Position numbers and translations under genes: made by a program. From contig NW_024704743.1 in assembly GCF_018977255.1 (NCBI RefSeq), forward strand, positions 7,504,001 through 7,568,000: a stretch of DNA of 64,000 nucleotides, written 5' to 3'. Positions 1-13,300 of this stretch are shown piece by piece. A model generated the notes under the pieces. The model worked only from the letters and a program-made list of their open reading frames with translations. It made no database searches and was not told where the DNA came from. Origin of the DNA: Callorhinchus milii. Taxonomy: Eukaryota. How positions within the stretch are numbered: the first letter of the stretch is position 1; the number at the start of each line of letters is the position of its first letter.

Positions 1-800
1 GCTCAATGCTTGGCCCCCTTCTTTTCCTCATCTATATGCTTCCTCTCGGCGATGGCATTCGCAAACATATGTTTGCGGATGGCACCCAAAACTGCTTCTC
101 CTCCTGCTATGACTCCCAGTCTGCTGATATTCTGTCAGCCTTGTTTGACAGACATCAAAGCCTGGATAAGCATAAATTTCCTGCAGCTGAATGTCAGCAA
201 GACAGAAGCCATGCTCTTTGGCTCCCATCAACGTCTTCTTTCCTGCAGGGCTAAAATCCTCAACCTCCCCGAGGCTCTCCCTCAAACTCTCCAAACTCGT
301 GACAACTCAGGTGTCAGGTTCGATCCCCAGCTTTCCTTTCTACCCCACATCCGTTCCCTGACCAGGACTGCTTTTTTCACTTCCGTCGCATTGACCGCCT
401 CCATCCATACCACACAACTGATGCAGCTGAAACCCTCGTCCAAGCCTTCGTCACTTCCTGACTGGACTATTCCAGTGCCCTCCTCACTGGTCTTTCCAGC
501 TCCACCATACACAAAATCCAATGAATTAAAAACTCCGCCACTCGGATAGTCTCCTGCACGAAACTCCGTACCTCCGTCACACCAATTGTTGTCAGGCTCC
601 ACTGGCTCCCGATCTCCGAACGGATCGATTTCAAGAGTCTCTCGTTTTCAAATCACTTAATTCCCTCGCACCTCCCTACCTCTCCAACCTGCTTACCCTC
701 CACTCCACCCCCCACTGCCTTCACTTGGTTGGTTCTGGGCTCCTATTTGTCCCTCGTCCCCTCCGTTCCACCATCGGTGGCCATGCCTTCAGCCACTACA
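1..800 (+). mobile_element. L2-clade LINE fragment (RT C-terminal region), decayed
   Basis: Frameshifted ORFs LGPLLFLIYMLPLGD..., DIKAWISINFLQLNVSKTEAML, FDPQLSFLPHI. Similar to the copy at 54575-55415. Confidence 0.85.
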
Positions 801-3009
801 CCCCGAAACTCTGGAACCCTAGGCTGGATCAATGGAGTCATTCAAAAGGGAATTGGATGAGTAGTAAAACATTGGATATGGGAAAGAACTAGGAAATGGG
901 ATGATTAACATATTTAGTAATACTGGCAACAGTGGCGAAGACTTAATGGGCCAAATGACCTTATGTGCTGGAATATTTTGCCTTTCTATGTTTTTATAAA
1001 TGTTATAAACTCATGTTTTTATAAACCGTTTGTTCACTTCATGGCTGTTTGTAGGAACCTTGCTATGTAGGAATAGGCTGCTGCATTTACCTAGAAATAC
1101 ATAGTTACTACACTTGAAAGCAATTACTTGTGAAAGACTTTAGTCTTTATGTGAGTTGTTTTGTCAAAGCAAACATTATAGTCTAAAAGGGCCCAACTGC
1201 AACATCTGCGACATGCTGCTCTATGTAATATAGTACGAGTTCCATATGCAAAATATATACTTTTAATCATCCCATTTTCTAGCTCTTTAACCGTATCTCC
1301 TGATCTCCCCATATTGCCCATGTGTTTATCCAGTTTATTCCATTGAGGTCAGCAGATTGCAGGAGCTTTGAACAGACCAGAGAGTCAGTGTGTAGCTGGC
1401 CTATTCCTAGAAAGTTCAATATGGGTAAGTATCAAATACCCGTTTGGTCCTGAACTTTCCTGAGGTCAGCGGATCAGACCAAAGCCCAAAGCTCCCATTC
1501 CACTAAAGTTAATGGAATGTTTCCATAAGATACGAGACCAAGCTTTGGGTTTTAAAAGAGGAATCCTCATTGTTGGGAAAGTGCTGAAAGACAATATTTT
1601 CCTTCCGATGAGAACATTTCAAACAAAAGGTAATTTCTCTGGGCTTTACTTTCCTCTTAAAGCTGTTGTTGATTTGCCCCAGGGGATCATAGATGTGGAT
1701 TGAAATTGAGATGTTTGGAAGGGAAACGTATAGTTTGAAAATAAGGGTATTAAGAGAGATGGGGGGAAAAGCTGGGCAAATGTCATTAGAAGGATAAAGA
1801 CCAGAAATGAATAAAATGCTCTACTCATGTTTCATGTTTTCTCATGTGTGTGGTGCAGACAAATACGCAGTCACTACACATCACAGAAAACTGAAGTGTT
1901 TTGAGATTATGTTCTAATGATTACAATGGGGGCAAGAATTAACGCTGGCATTCTTACATCCTTTTATTGTGTCTCTTATTTTGGGGAGAAAGTGACTTTC
2001 ACTTAACAGTGAGAATGAATGATACAGTCTAGAAAAAAATAGAAAATGCTAGAAACACACAGGAAAAAAAGCTGGAAAAATACAACTTTTTTTATATCGC
2101 CTTTCAAATAGAATGACTTCTTGGAGAGCTTTCCAGTGGCAGGGAACGGACATCAAGCAGGGGAAAGGAGGGTAACCATAGGCATGATTGAAGAGAGTTC
2201 TCCAGGTGGGGCTTGGAGACAGATAGAGAGGGGGCGAGATGGAGGTGCCTAGGGATGGAGTGTCAGAGGTTAAGGGTCTAGAATTGGGAAAATTGGCTAC
2301 CAATGATGGTAGTGGGGCTAGGGAACGCAGTAATAGACTAAAGTTGGGCTATACCAGGCTGACTTGACTCAGTTCACACCTGAATTATTCACTTAGCCTT
2401 TTCTTTGCGATACTGGTCAACCTCTTGTGTTTCTTGCTTGGTTTCAGATTTCCACCACATGCAGTTTTCCCCCCTTTTATTTCTACATAATAAGGAGAAG
2501 AGAACTGGCTCGGAAGAGCTGCTGAGCCATTGAGCTGAGGGAATCTGGACACATTGAAGCTGTCGTGGCCTGTTTGAAAGATCCTGCGATCCAATTATGA
2601 CACCAATATAAGGTTACAGCACAGACACAATGGGTAGAATGGCCTTCTTTCTGTGCTGTGCATTTCTATTGTTATATTGATGTTTAATCCCCGGGGATGT
2701 CCTGTTGGAAAACAGTTACTGGGTTGAGCATTACACTAGTAGATGCCATTAGTTATGTATCTGACCTCTACTCTAGGGCGGAATGTGCAATCCCTTGCAG
2801 TCCTAAAATGATTACATTTTCCTTGGCAATCTAACAGAGAGAAGAGGTTATCTACATGTGTCTGAACCCTAGTACGTTGGTGGAATAGTTAAATCCCAAA
2901 TGGTAGTGACCTATAAGAAATGACTAGATAACCAAGGAACAACTCAAAGAGGACTTCTCAAAGGGGGCTACATTGATGGAGGTGCTAATCTTTAAATGAT
3001 AGTAACTGA

Positions 3010-3280
3010 CATCCTGTCTGTCTGTTTAGGTGGATGTTAGAGCTCTCATGGCACTATTCGAAAAGAGAAGGGAGATTCTCCTGGTATTCCAGCCAACAAT
3101 TCCCTAGATAAAATTAATCATTCACTTCATGGCTGTTTGTGGGGCATTGCTGTGTACAAATTGTCTGCTGTATTTCACCTACAAAATTTACAGTCACTAC
3201 ACTTTACAGTAAATCAAGTAAAGCATTGTGAAGTGTTCTCGTGAAGTGTAAGGTGCATCAAATGTAAGGAATAATATTAT
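3010..3280 (+). mobile_element. Deu-domain SINE (SacSINE1/EshSINE-like), 3' part
   Basis: catggcactattcgaaaagagaaggga...ctcctggt...ccaacaat...cattcacttcatggctgtttgtgg, plus an L2-like tail. Confidence 0.75.
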
Positions 3281-3304
3281 TTCTGTAAAGTGCTGTAATT
3301 CTAT

Positions 3305-3615
3305 ATTTGTAGCCATACATAGCAGCCAATTTTGCACACAAAGAGCCAGGAAGAATGATAATTTTTTCAACTGAAGGTTTGTTGGCCAGGACACTGGGAA
3401 AAGCTCCCTTCCCTTTCCAAATTTTGTCTGGAATCTATAAAATCCACCTGAAAAGGCAGACAGGATCTCAGTTGAATATCTCATCCAAAGGTCAGACCCT
3501 CTGACAATGCAGGACTATATTGGAGTATCAGCCTAAACTATGAGCTTAAAGTCCCCATGTGGGGCTTGAACTCACAATCTTCTGACTCAGAGGCAGGAGT
3601 GCTATCTACTGACAC
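3305..3615 (-). mobile_element. Deu-domain SINE, tail-to-tail with the previous copy
   Basis: Reverse complement of the tRNA head (tagcactcctgcctctgagtcagaagattgtgagttcaagcccc) and the Deu core. Confidence 0.75.
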
Positions 3616-3649
3616 CTATAGATCTCAGCAGCATATCCATGTCAGTAGC

Positions 3650-3890
3650 ATAAGAGGGCACTGGTTCATGGTTGGGGAGGGCAAAACTAGGACCGATACC
3701 AGGAAATATCTCTTACAAAGAGAACAATCAACAGACAGAACTGGTTACTAGCGAGAGAAGCTGAGGCCATGGTATTGAATCCATTTAAGAAACAGCTTGA
3801 TGCTGTATTGGCAAAACAGTATGGTTGATATTCTGGAAGAATGGGGTCAAATGGACCAAAGGACCTGTCTAATCCAAATCATTGTTATGA
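3650..3890 (+). mobile_element. CR1 LINE 3' end fragment
   Basis: agagggcactggttc...aggaaatatc...tttaagaaacagcttgatgct...aatggaccaaaggacct, the typical layout of a CR1 ORF2 end and 3' UTR. Confidence 0.6.
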
Positions 3891-5539
3891 GTGCTCCCCT
3901 TTAGTCGAGCTGTTTGCTCAGCTGTCCAGGGTTCGTGGGATGTGTCATCTGCTTTAACTTTTGCAAACACCAACATTTGCAGGGTCACCTGTGACCTGCC
4001 CTTCGCATCCATCAGATCTGTATATCTTTACAAGGGATGAATCTCCACTGAGCTTCCCTTTACAGTGCTGTGAGAAGAACACCGGCAGATGACTTGTCGT
4101 GAAACAAAACTCAATAGCAGAAAGCATATGAGGAGGGGCGGGGGGCATTGTTAATATATGTTTGAGGTGGATGTGTATTGGTTATATTGGTGTTACTGCT
4201 AGTCCATTTGAAGAAAGAACACAATGTGATCTCATGTTAGCTTTCAGTTTGTGTGAAAACAGTGGGAAAAGGTTGCACTAATTAATTACAGGTTTGTGAA
4301 CTTAAAAGTGGCTGTAACTACACTGATCAAATCAAACCATTGCTTGATATTTCAGCCCTATCCAGAGAACAGCAATGCTTTCTGATCGTGTGGTGCTCAT
4401 TACTCCATTTTACATCCTTCAATACATTTAATATTAGTCAAATGAAAATAGATCCCTCACCACAGCTAATTCTGCTTTCTCACTGAATTCAACTGAGACC
4501 AGTGGGGCTAACTAACACCTCATGTGAAATGCCACGTACCTGTATCAAGTGATGCAAGAGTGTGCTAGAGGCAAATCTCCCTCTCCACCCCACTTCCCTG
4601 CGTGCTCAGTATTTATGCTTTGCATTGCTGGCTCACAGATTGTGGCCAAGAACTACCTGTGTGCAGGACACACGCCACCAACTAGCAGTTCAATACTCGG
4701 CATCCCTGTGGAGCTTGCGGCCACGTACCTATTTGTATTGAACTATAGAAATTTACAGCGCAGAAGAAGGCCATTTGGCATTCCCTGTTGTGAACCTCTT
4801 TACCAATGAGTCAAGTATGTCAGCCGGTTTGCGCGCAGTGATATGATACAAACATCCCAGAAGTGAATGACCGATTTTACTGAGGATAATATCCTAAAGC
4901 ACTTGATAAAATACATTATTGGAGCCCAGCCTATCTACTATACCCTTTTGAATCTGGAACACTTCAATAAGATAACCACTGAATCTTTTTTGCCCAAAGT
5001 AAACATTCCCAGTGTTTACAGTCTCTCCTCGTACCTTAGGTGCCTAATCCCATGATTAATTTGGTCGCCAGTTCTGTCCACACTCTCTACAGCAGAACAG
5101 GTGCCAGAACTGCCTTTTGTTTTTCCTTCATTTTCTAATCACTTTGTGGATATCTTCTTAAATAGTGAATGACATTCGAATCAGGGAGATTGATCTGGAG
5201 GCATTGCTATGCCCAGCAGTTTGAAGAAGTGAATTAGGTCATAGTTAAAATTTAGGCACCAAATTAACAAATTATTTGAACTGATGTTAATTCAGCTACC
5301 TTGGACCACTGAAATCAGGAAGTCAGTATATCTGAACCTATAGAACACTGAGGGTGCCTGACATATGCGGAAACCCATCACCGTCCTTAAGAGTATCAAA
5401 ACCAGACTGAGAGTTCCATGTTAACTCTGCCTTGCACGTAGGTGTTAAGATGTGTTTTGAGGGAGGAAGGGGGCAAAGTGTTTCAACAAAAGTATTAAAA
5501 AAAAAGACCTACAAACCAGTCTACACATGCCGCCTGCAC

Positions 5540-6482
5540 TTCATCTCCTCAAATGGCTTCTCCTCTAGCCCCTGCACCGTCTCGTGCAGAATTCCTCAGC
5601 GCTCTGTCCTTGGTCTCCTCCTTTTCAACATCTATATGCTCCCTCTTGGTGACATTATCCACAGACATAGGGTCAACTTACACATATATGCGGAAGACAC
5701 CCAACTCTACCTCTCTGCCTCCACCCTTGATTCCAGGACCACTGCTGTCCTGACAGAATGTCTGTCAGACATCAAGTCCTGGATGAGAGCTAACTTTCTT
5801 CAGTTGAACGTCAACAGGACCGAGGTTCTCCTGATTGGCTCCCGTCAGCGCCTCCTCACCTCAGGCCCTGACAGTGGTTGCACACTCAAACTTGCTGAGT
5901 CAGTCCGGAACCTTGGGGTCTTGTTTGACCCTCAACTATATTTTCTACCCCACATTCGCGCCATGATCCACACTGCCCACCTCCACAAAGTCGCCCGGCT
6001 CCAACACTGTCTCACACCGCAGGCTGCCAAGACCTTCATTACATCGAGGCTCGACTGTGCAAATTCACTGCTTCCCATCACACAGAGGATACAGTTCAAG
6101 ATCCTGGTCCTCACCTTCAAAGCCCTGCATGGTATTGCTCCCCTCTACCTCTGCGACCTCCTAACTCCCTACCATCCTGATCGCTCCCTCCGCTCAGTGG
6201 GCTCCGGCCTGCTTCACGTCCCCCACTTTACTATCGGCGGGCGGGCCTTCCACCACTCTGCACCCACCCTGTGAAACTCCATTCCGCAGTCCCTCCATCT
6301 TGCCCCCTCCCTCGCCACCTTCAAGACCCTCCTCTTCGATTGTGCTTTGATCTCCCTGCTTCCTGCCTTCCCCACTCCCCCACCCTGACCCTCAGCTCGG
6401 GTCCGAAACTCTCTGTCCAGCGCCTTGGGACGTCCTCCTGACGTGAAAGGTGCTATACCAATGTAATTTTGTTTTTGTTGTT
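5540..6482 (+). mobile_element. L2-clade LINE 3' fragment with tail
   Basis: ORF 5432..6274 carries PQRSVLGLLLFNIYMLPLG, YAEDTQLY, WMRANFLQLN and SRLDCANSLL. The 3' stem-loop agcgccttgggacgtcctcctgacgtgaaaggtgct and a (TTG)n-like tail follow. Confidence 0.9.
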
Positions 6483-8569
6483 TAGAGTTAACAGCTCTAC
6501 AGGTTTGGAGGCTGAGATTTCTGTCAGTTAAGAATAGTGCCAATGACAATATTGGTTTCTAATGGGATTTTCTCATTAAAACAGCACATCATTAAAGTTT
6601 CTGCATGTAAAACTGACTCTTTTTAAATGTGCCCTGACTGGGAGGCATGTTGTTTGTGCGTCTTGTTGCAGAACAATTCTTTGGCCACTCTTTGCTGTTC
6701 TGGTGCTTTTTTTGATTTCCCTTTCAAGCGCAGAAGGAACCTTGATTCACCTTTCACCTCTCCCCTCCCTCCCACCCAGCGGGAAACACGTGCAGAATAA
6801 AAGGATCAGATGGAAGATATTAGGCAATGTACTTTGCAGGCACACATTTTGGCTTTTATCAGATGTCAGCACAGAAACGTGTGGCTAACTAGGTGCTCAG
6901 CAGATAAAAGATAAGACACATTGTTTGCTAACACAAGTGAACCTGAGTTTTAAAATCCGAGCTGGGAGGTCCAGAGCAGAGATTAGTAGGAACCTTTTCG
7001 GAAAAAAAACGTGTAATTCTATGCTTTGGTTTTTTGCGTGGCAATTTAAAAAAAAAGGCTGGACACTTGGTTGAGGGAGAAGAACGTTGAGGGATATGGG
7101 TAAAGGGCCGGAATATAGGACTAGGGATAGGATCTAAGATGGGCATTTGTGTGGCGTATAGGCGCTGGCGGGATTGGATGGTCTTGAATGGCCTGTTTCT
7201 CAGCTGTACTTTCTATGAATCTATATAACACAGCGATGGATTCCCACACGCTGACACGTATTCACGGCTGACCAAAAAAAAATCAACTCCACCTCAGATC
7301 TTTACTTTATTTTGCAATAGAGACTCCCCTGACCTCCACTGTCACAGTGCTTTTCCCTTTAATAGGGTTTGAGGTTTGAGTGGAAGGGAACACTGTCTGA
7401 TCCTGGAGATAGCATTGTGAAACAGAAACCAGCGCACTGCAGCTGTTAAGTGGATCAGAAAAGCACATTGAAAGTGAAAAGAGCCAAAAAAAAATCACTT
7501 GGGACGTAAAAAACAGCCTCGAGGGGGGAAAAGCTACACAGCAGTTAGAATACACCTCACGGTGTGGGGGGGGAGGCAGTGGGGAGGAGAGGTGGTGATG
7601 GGGGAATTCTACTAAAAATCTAACATTTTGATTTTGTTTGAGTATCCATTCATTTTTACAATTTGCTTTGCTTTAAACAAAAGACCGCCTCACTTTAGAG
7701 CCAAATTTCTGTGTAAAAAGTTACATAACAGAGGTTCAGCACGCGAACAGCCTACTCCTCACCGCATAATCCCACCCAGAAGGGCTCAGGCTCCAGCTTC
7801 CCAGGTGCAATGTTACAGACTGGATTTCTTCAGCCCACAGCAGCACTTGCCTCTCAGTGCTGTGGCGTAGATGCATTGCAGTTTGCAGTGTTTGACTGAG
7901 GGGCTGAGCTGCTTTTGCAGGCACATTGTGTGGGATTTTTCTTGTTTTTGCTTTCTGTCCTGGTCACAATCCAAACGTATGATGGGTTTGAGGCGAGGAA
8001 TTATGTGAAGAGATTTAACAAGGTGGACTTGGTGACACAGAACACGCTCTTCCATTTCTGGAACCTGACTTTGGATCTAGTGCTGCAGGACATTATGATA
8101 AACTCTTCTTACTGACGACTCTGAAAGGTCAAGTACCCAGTGCTTTCACTGGTGCCAAGGTTAATAATTGTTAAGGGTTTTTATGTTGTTGATTTGTTTA
8201 ATAATGGAAAGGAGAGGAAGGGAATGGAGCTAGTGGAGTCTGAATATTGTGACAGAATGTGAAAGGGAAGATTCATACAGGTATGGATGCTTTAAACGTT
8301 GCAATAGTAGAGAAAATGCAGATGAGAGTAAGTGTAAGATGTATGATGATAATACCGTATTAATCGTTGCATTTGATACAATGCCTTTCACGTCGGGAGG
8401 GCGTCTCAAAGCGCTTCACAGGATGTTACTGTAAAGTGGAGTAACTTTTTGTTTGTAGGAGAATGCTGCAGCTAATTTACCATAGCAATATCCCACAAAC
8501 AGCCATGAAATGAGTGATTAATTTTACCTTGGGGATTGTTGGCCAGAACACCGGGAGAAATTCCTAAAA

Positions 8570-8815
8570 TGAGCTCCTTTGATGGCCAAGTTGGTAAAGC
8601 GGTTGCGGCATGTAAATGTGAACCATACAGACCTGGATTACCACCCCCCTCACTCTCGTCTGATCTCTAGTTTGTGCTGAGTAGCCTGATTACCACCAGG
8701 ACCTTCAAAAGTTGCCGTCTCAGCCTGGGAAAGGGAGAAGAGAAATCAAGCACACTTCCCGCACCCCAAGCTCAAAATTGCTGTGGTAGTGACCCCTGCT
8801 GGAAGTGTTGGTAGA
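8570..8815 (+). mobile_element. Old tRNA-headed SINE of a third family (decayed)
   Basis: Box-A-like tggccaagttggtaaagc, then gaaccatacagacc, tgtgctgagtagcctgat and gtgacccctgctggaag. Probable related pieces at about 36800-36910 and 58300-58355. Confidence 0.5.
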
Positions 8816-9624
8816 TGCTCTGTGTCCACACGGAAATCCTAGAAGCGAGGGTCCCTTTGTAACCCAGTCTCATTTTTAAGCCAACAACTTCCAACTACCA
8901 TGTTATAATAGGGGATGGTCTGCATTGGATGTTGGGATCTCCATTGCAGACCCCCACCCTCTGGAACCCCCTCCCCAAGCTAGCATGCTATCACAGGGGG
9001 TTGGATGAAACACATGTTGAGATCTCCATTCTTCATTCACAGACCGTGCAAAACCTAACTCCCTATCTGGAATGTGATGAAGTAGTGAGTAACGGGCGTA
9101 AATAGGGTTTACGGCTAATTGTAATTTCTGGAAACAATCTATGTGTTTCCCGGTTGTTAGTCGATTGGTGGATTGCCTTTCCGAGGGAAATAATCCCTTA
9201 AAAAATAATAATAATTTGGTCACTCAATCCATGACTGTGTGGGGGGGGGCATTTCAGCAGGTTTGATTGATTGCTGGATATGGCATCTGGTCCCTTGGTT
9301 ACTGTTGACCCACCACAGATTTATAGTTTTACTCTGGACTAGTCCTTTCCCACATGAGGGTGCACTCTTCAACAACAACAACAATGTTATTGTTCAGATT
9401 TAATAGGGGTCCTGTGGGCTATTGCTACTGAACCATAAGATATCACCACTGAGCTCCTCGTTCTCATTTAATAAAACAAGGCATCCCTGTTTTTCTGTCT
9501 GATTCATGCCTTTAATGAGAGAAGTGCCTGAAATATAGGATCTGGTTATTATACTCAGACTGAAATCACCAGTTTTGACTGTCAGTTCACCAGGCCTATA
9601 TAGTTATAGTTCTGAATTAATAAG

Positions 9625-9965
9625 TTCTGTAGCATATTGATTAGAGCACTCGCCTCGCAAGCGAGAGGACCTGGGTTTGATTCCCAGGTGGGGAGAAACC
9701 TTAGGCAAGTTTCCTTACTCCACACATCTCTGTTTACCTAACAGTAAGTAAGAACCCGGTTGTTAGTTGATTGGCGGATCGCTTTTCCAGGGGTAAAAAT
9801 CCCTTAAATGATAATAATAAATTGGTCACTCAATTCATGACTGTTTGTGGGACACTGCTGTGTGCAATTGGCTACTATCAATTCACTTTACAGTATATTC
9901 TGTGAAGCGCTTTGAGACATCTCAAAAACATGATAAGGCACTATGACAAATGAAAGGATTATTAA
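9625..9965 (+). mobile_element. tRNA-derived SINE (aaaccttgggcaagtttccttactcc family) with L2-like tail
   Basis: tRNA-like head (ttagagcactcgcctcgcaagcgagaggacctgggtttgattccc), conserved body, tail gaagcgctttgagac...aaggattatt. Confidence 0.88.
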
Positions 9966-10331
9966 TGTGCATGTACCATTTACATGCTGCTCCCACATTC
10001 TTCCAAGCATGTTAACATTTCTTTGGGCAACAAATTGTTACATGCACCCTTCTCTTTTGGTGAAATATAAAATGAATGATTACAATTTTTAAAAAGTACG
10101 TTATAGGCTGGATTCATGACAGTATACTTAGAAATTTTCCAGGACAGAAGAAGACCATTGTGTAGAAAAATTGGTATAAAATGGCCCCCGCATGTTAAGA
10201 AACATGACTGCTGAATTCTAACAATTCATTCCTTCTTTAAGGTCTAATCAACAAGAAAATTATTCTGAATAGGGTGACCGAGAGTTTCTTAGTAGTGACT
10301 AACTCATTCTCCATGTCATTCACCGCTACAG

Positions 10332-13300
10332 GCTGAATGGTGGTCCTCCATTACTCTGCCCATCTGGACCAAAATCAGAGAAGGACATCACCTACTGGAG
10401 ACGAAGAGGACAAGACTTCAGTGTTTTACTAGATTATACAAACCGAGGGGACTCAGACTACAGGGGATACAATGCAACAAAAACTCAAAACATTCCAAAC
10501 ACTGAACAAGGAGCAATGCATCTTCAACATGCAGCACTGAAGGAAAAGCAGCGTACGGCAGAGACGAGCAGAATAAATGAGCAAAAGCATTGGTTTGTAG
10601 AAGGTCAGAGTATGATGGCGAAGGAGATGTATGAGGACAAGTGGAGATTGCCAGAGGATCGGATGTGCCAAAGCTTGGGCACGGAGGAATGGAGGTCTTC
10701 TTTGGGAAGACAACTGTCTGATGGGAATGGACACAGGTTTGGACATGGCCTGTTTTCCCAAGTAGTTGGTAACGAAGCATGTAAAACAGAAAGAGGACAG
10801 AATATAAGAAAGGAAAAGTCTCAGTCGCTGCCCAGAGTTGTACCAGAGAGCAGTGGCAACGAATTTCAGACAAGTCTGCATTACATTGATATGTCTGGGC
10901 TGGATGGAGATAGATTGGAAAATCAGCGTTTGCAGGGCTATAAATTACAAGACAGCAGCTCATATTTTAATTCTAAAGCAAGTTCAAACTTTACTGAAAG
11001 TTTTGGGCAAAGTGCTCAGTTTGCGCTGTTGTCAAAACCGAAGTTCAGTCGACCACTGAAACCTCCTTCCTATGAACTGTACCAGCAAATAAGGAGAAGT
11101 TCAGAGATGATACCTAGTCTCCAGGTTCGTGGAGAGAACGATGAGCAGGTGACCTATTTTGCCAAGGACGAAGCAATTGCAGGGTCGAATTCCTACTCCC
11201 AAGCTGCCGCTACTACTACCAGCCTGGAGCCACCAGGCTACGTGCCTCCTCCATCATACAAAGCACCACCTCAGCAGAAAGTCAGTCAGAAATGTTCCGA
11301 TAAAGTGCCTAGCTGTAACAACATGTGCCAACCCTACCGGTCAGCAGAGACTCCTAGTGATAAGGCTCATTGGTCTCTGGAACATCAGGAGAGAGACTGT
11401 GCTCAGCAAAAGCAGATACTTATCAACACTGGCTCCAAAGAACAACTCCTGCAAGCAAAGAGCACACCTCAAGAAAGGGAAATTCATAATTCATCGCATA
11501 ATGGTTACATGGATGATCAAAAGGCTTTTGTTAAATACATCCCCTTTGATGATCCTCGAATCAGACATATTACTATAGTGCAGTCAGAGAAGCAATATGG
11601 TGAGGCCAATACTAAACATGAACAGCGGAATGCATGGGACCGTGCTCCCAATGGAAACAAAACATTTGAACCATCAGACCATTGCAGTGCCTTTTCTGTT
11701 CCACTTGGGTCAGTTTATTCCACTCAGGCAGGGCTGAGGCCTATTGTTGATTGTACATCTGGCAACAGATGGTTGGTTGCATCCAAGCCAGAAAATCAGA
11801 ATGGTACGAAGTCTGACCATTGTTGCAAACCATATGTCAGAAACCAGTGTGACTCCTCATTAAAGTCTAACTCAACAGTTTGTTCAAACACAAACCAGCC
11901 AGCAGCTTTTCCACAGCCAAGCACCAACACTAGACAGGAAGCACATACGAATCAAGGCACTTTTGAGACTATAACCCAGGTAAAAAAGTGGGAACCAGAT
12001 TCTCAGTGCTTTGAAATTCAAGAAAAGAAACGTCCAAAAAGAAGAATGACCGAGACTATATTTTGCCTTGTGTCGGTTCCGGTAAAAACACAAGAAGACT
12101 GTTCAAACGGAGGTACTGTAAACGTCGAGGTGAGTGATGCGAATGCTGAAAAGGACACAGATGAAAGTGCTGGAAACTTAACAGAACAAAGTCTCTTGAG
12201 CATGTCTTCCTCTGACCTGGAGTTACAAGCATTGATGGGAAATATGACGGCAGAAAATGGGCTGAAGAGACCAGAGATATGGAAGGATGTTAGCAATAGA
12301 CATAGAGCTGGCTATAATTTTAACCAACACAATGTATTGAGAGCCACAGGTTCCTGGCCAGGTGACCAGTATAGAGATCAAGAAACACAAACAAGTTTCA
12401 ATAAAGCTCCCCGGAGTGCTAAGCAAATCACTGGGATTATGAAAAAGCTTGCAACAGGCAGCCAGACACAAAGCCAGAACTGTTCAGAACCTGCAGTCGT
12501 GAAAGACAATCAGAGAAGTGAGGAAGTTACAACCATCAATGACCAGAAATATAAACAGAGCGTATTCTCAATAAATGGTCAAACAAGCTTATATCCATCT
12601 ACCAACAGTGCTTTCTCAAGGACAACTTCTGCACAGAATCAGGTTAGCAATGTTAACGCTCACCAAAGTTATCTTGAAGTGTCTTCAAAAAACTTGCGTG
12701 AAAAAGACGTAAGCATAGAAGACCTTGTGGAGTATAACGTAAGGGGAATACAAGCAACCTCCAACAATAGCAGAGAGGCTGTAGGGTTTGGACAGTTCCT
12801 CTTGAAGCCTGTAAACCGGCGACCTTGGGATGCAATAAGCGAATTGGAAAGTTTCAATAAAGAGATTCAGGAAGTCGAGGATCATAACAGGCAGTTTAAG
12901 GCCAAGGAAGATGGCGATCAGACTGAGACCCAACCAGCAAACCCAGATGCAGACGGTTCAAATGGACAAACGGTAAAATGTCAGAAACCCACTCTGCCTG
13001 TGCCTGAAAAATCTTCAGCCAAAATTAGCAAGGCCAAAGAAGAGTTGGAAAGTCGCGAAAGTCAAATGTGCCACAATGACATGTACATCACTTCTGAATC
13101 ACAAACATTTTCGAAAGTAGGTGCTGTTGACAGGAAGCAGGGCAGCCAGTCAGGTCATTTGTTTTGGGACCTTCTCAACACAAGAACATTGGATTCTGAA
13201 GGCAGTACAGGCATAAAAGCATCAACAGCAAAAGGTGTACAATTTACAGAAGTAAACCATGAACAGAATGTAGATGGCATCAGTGACAAAAGGCAAAATA

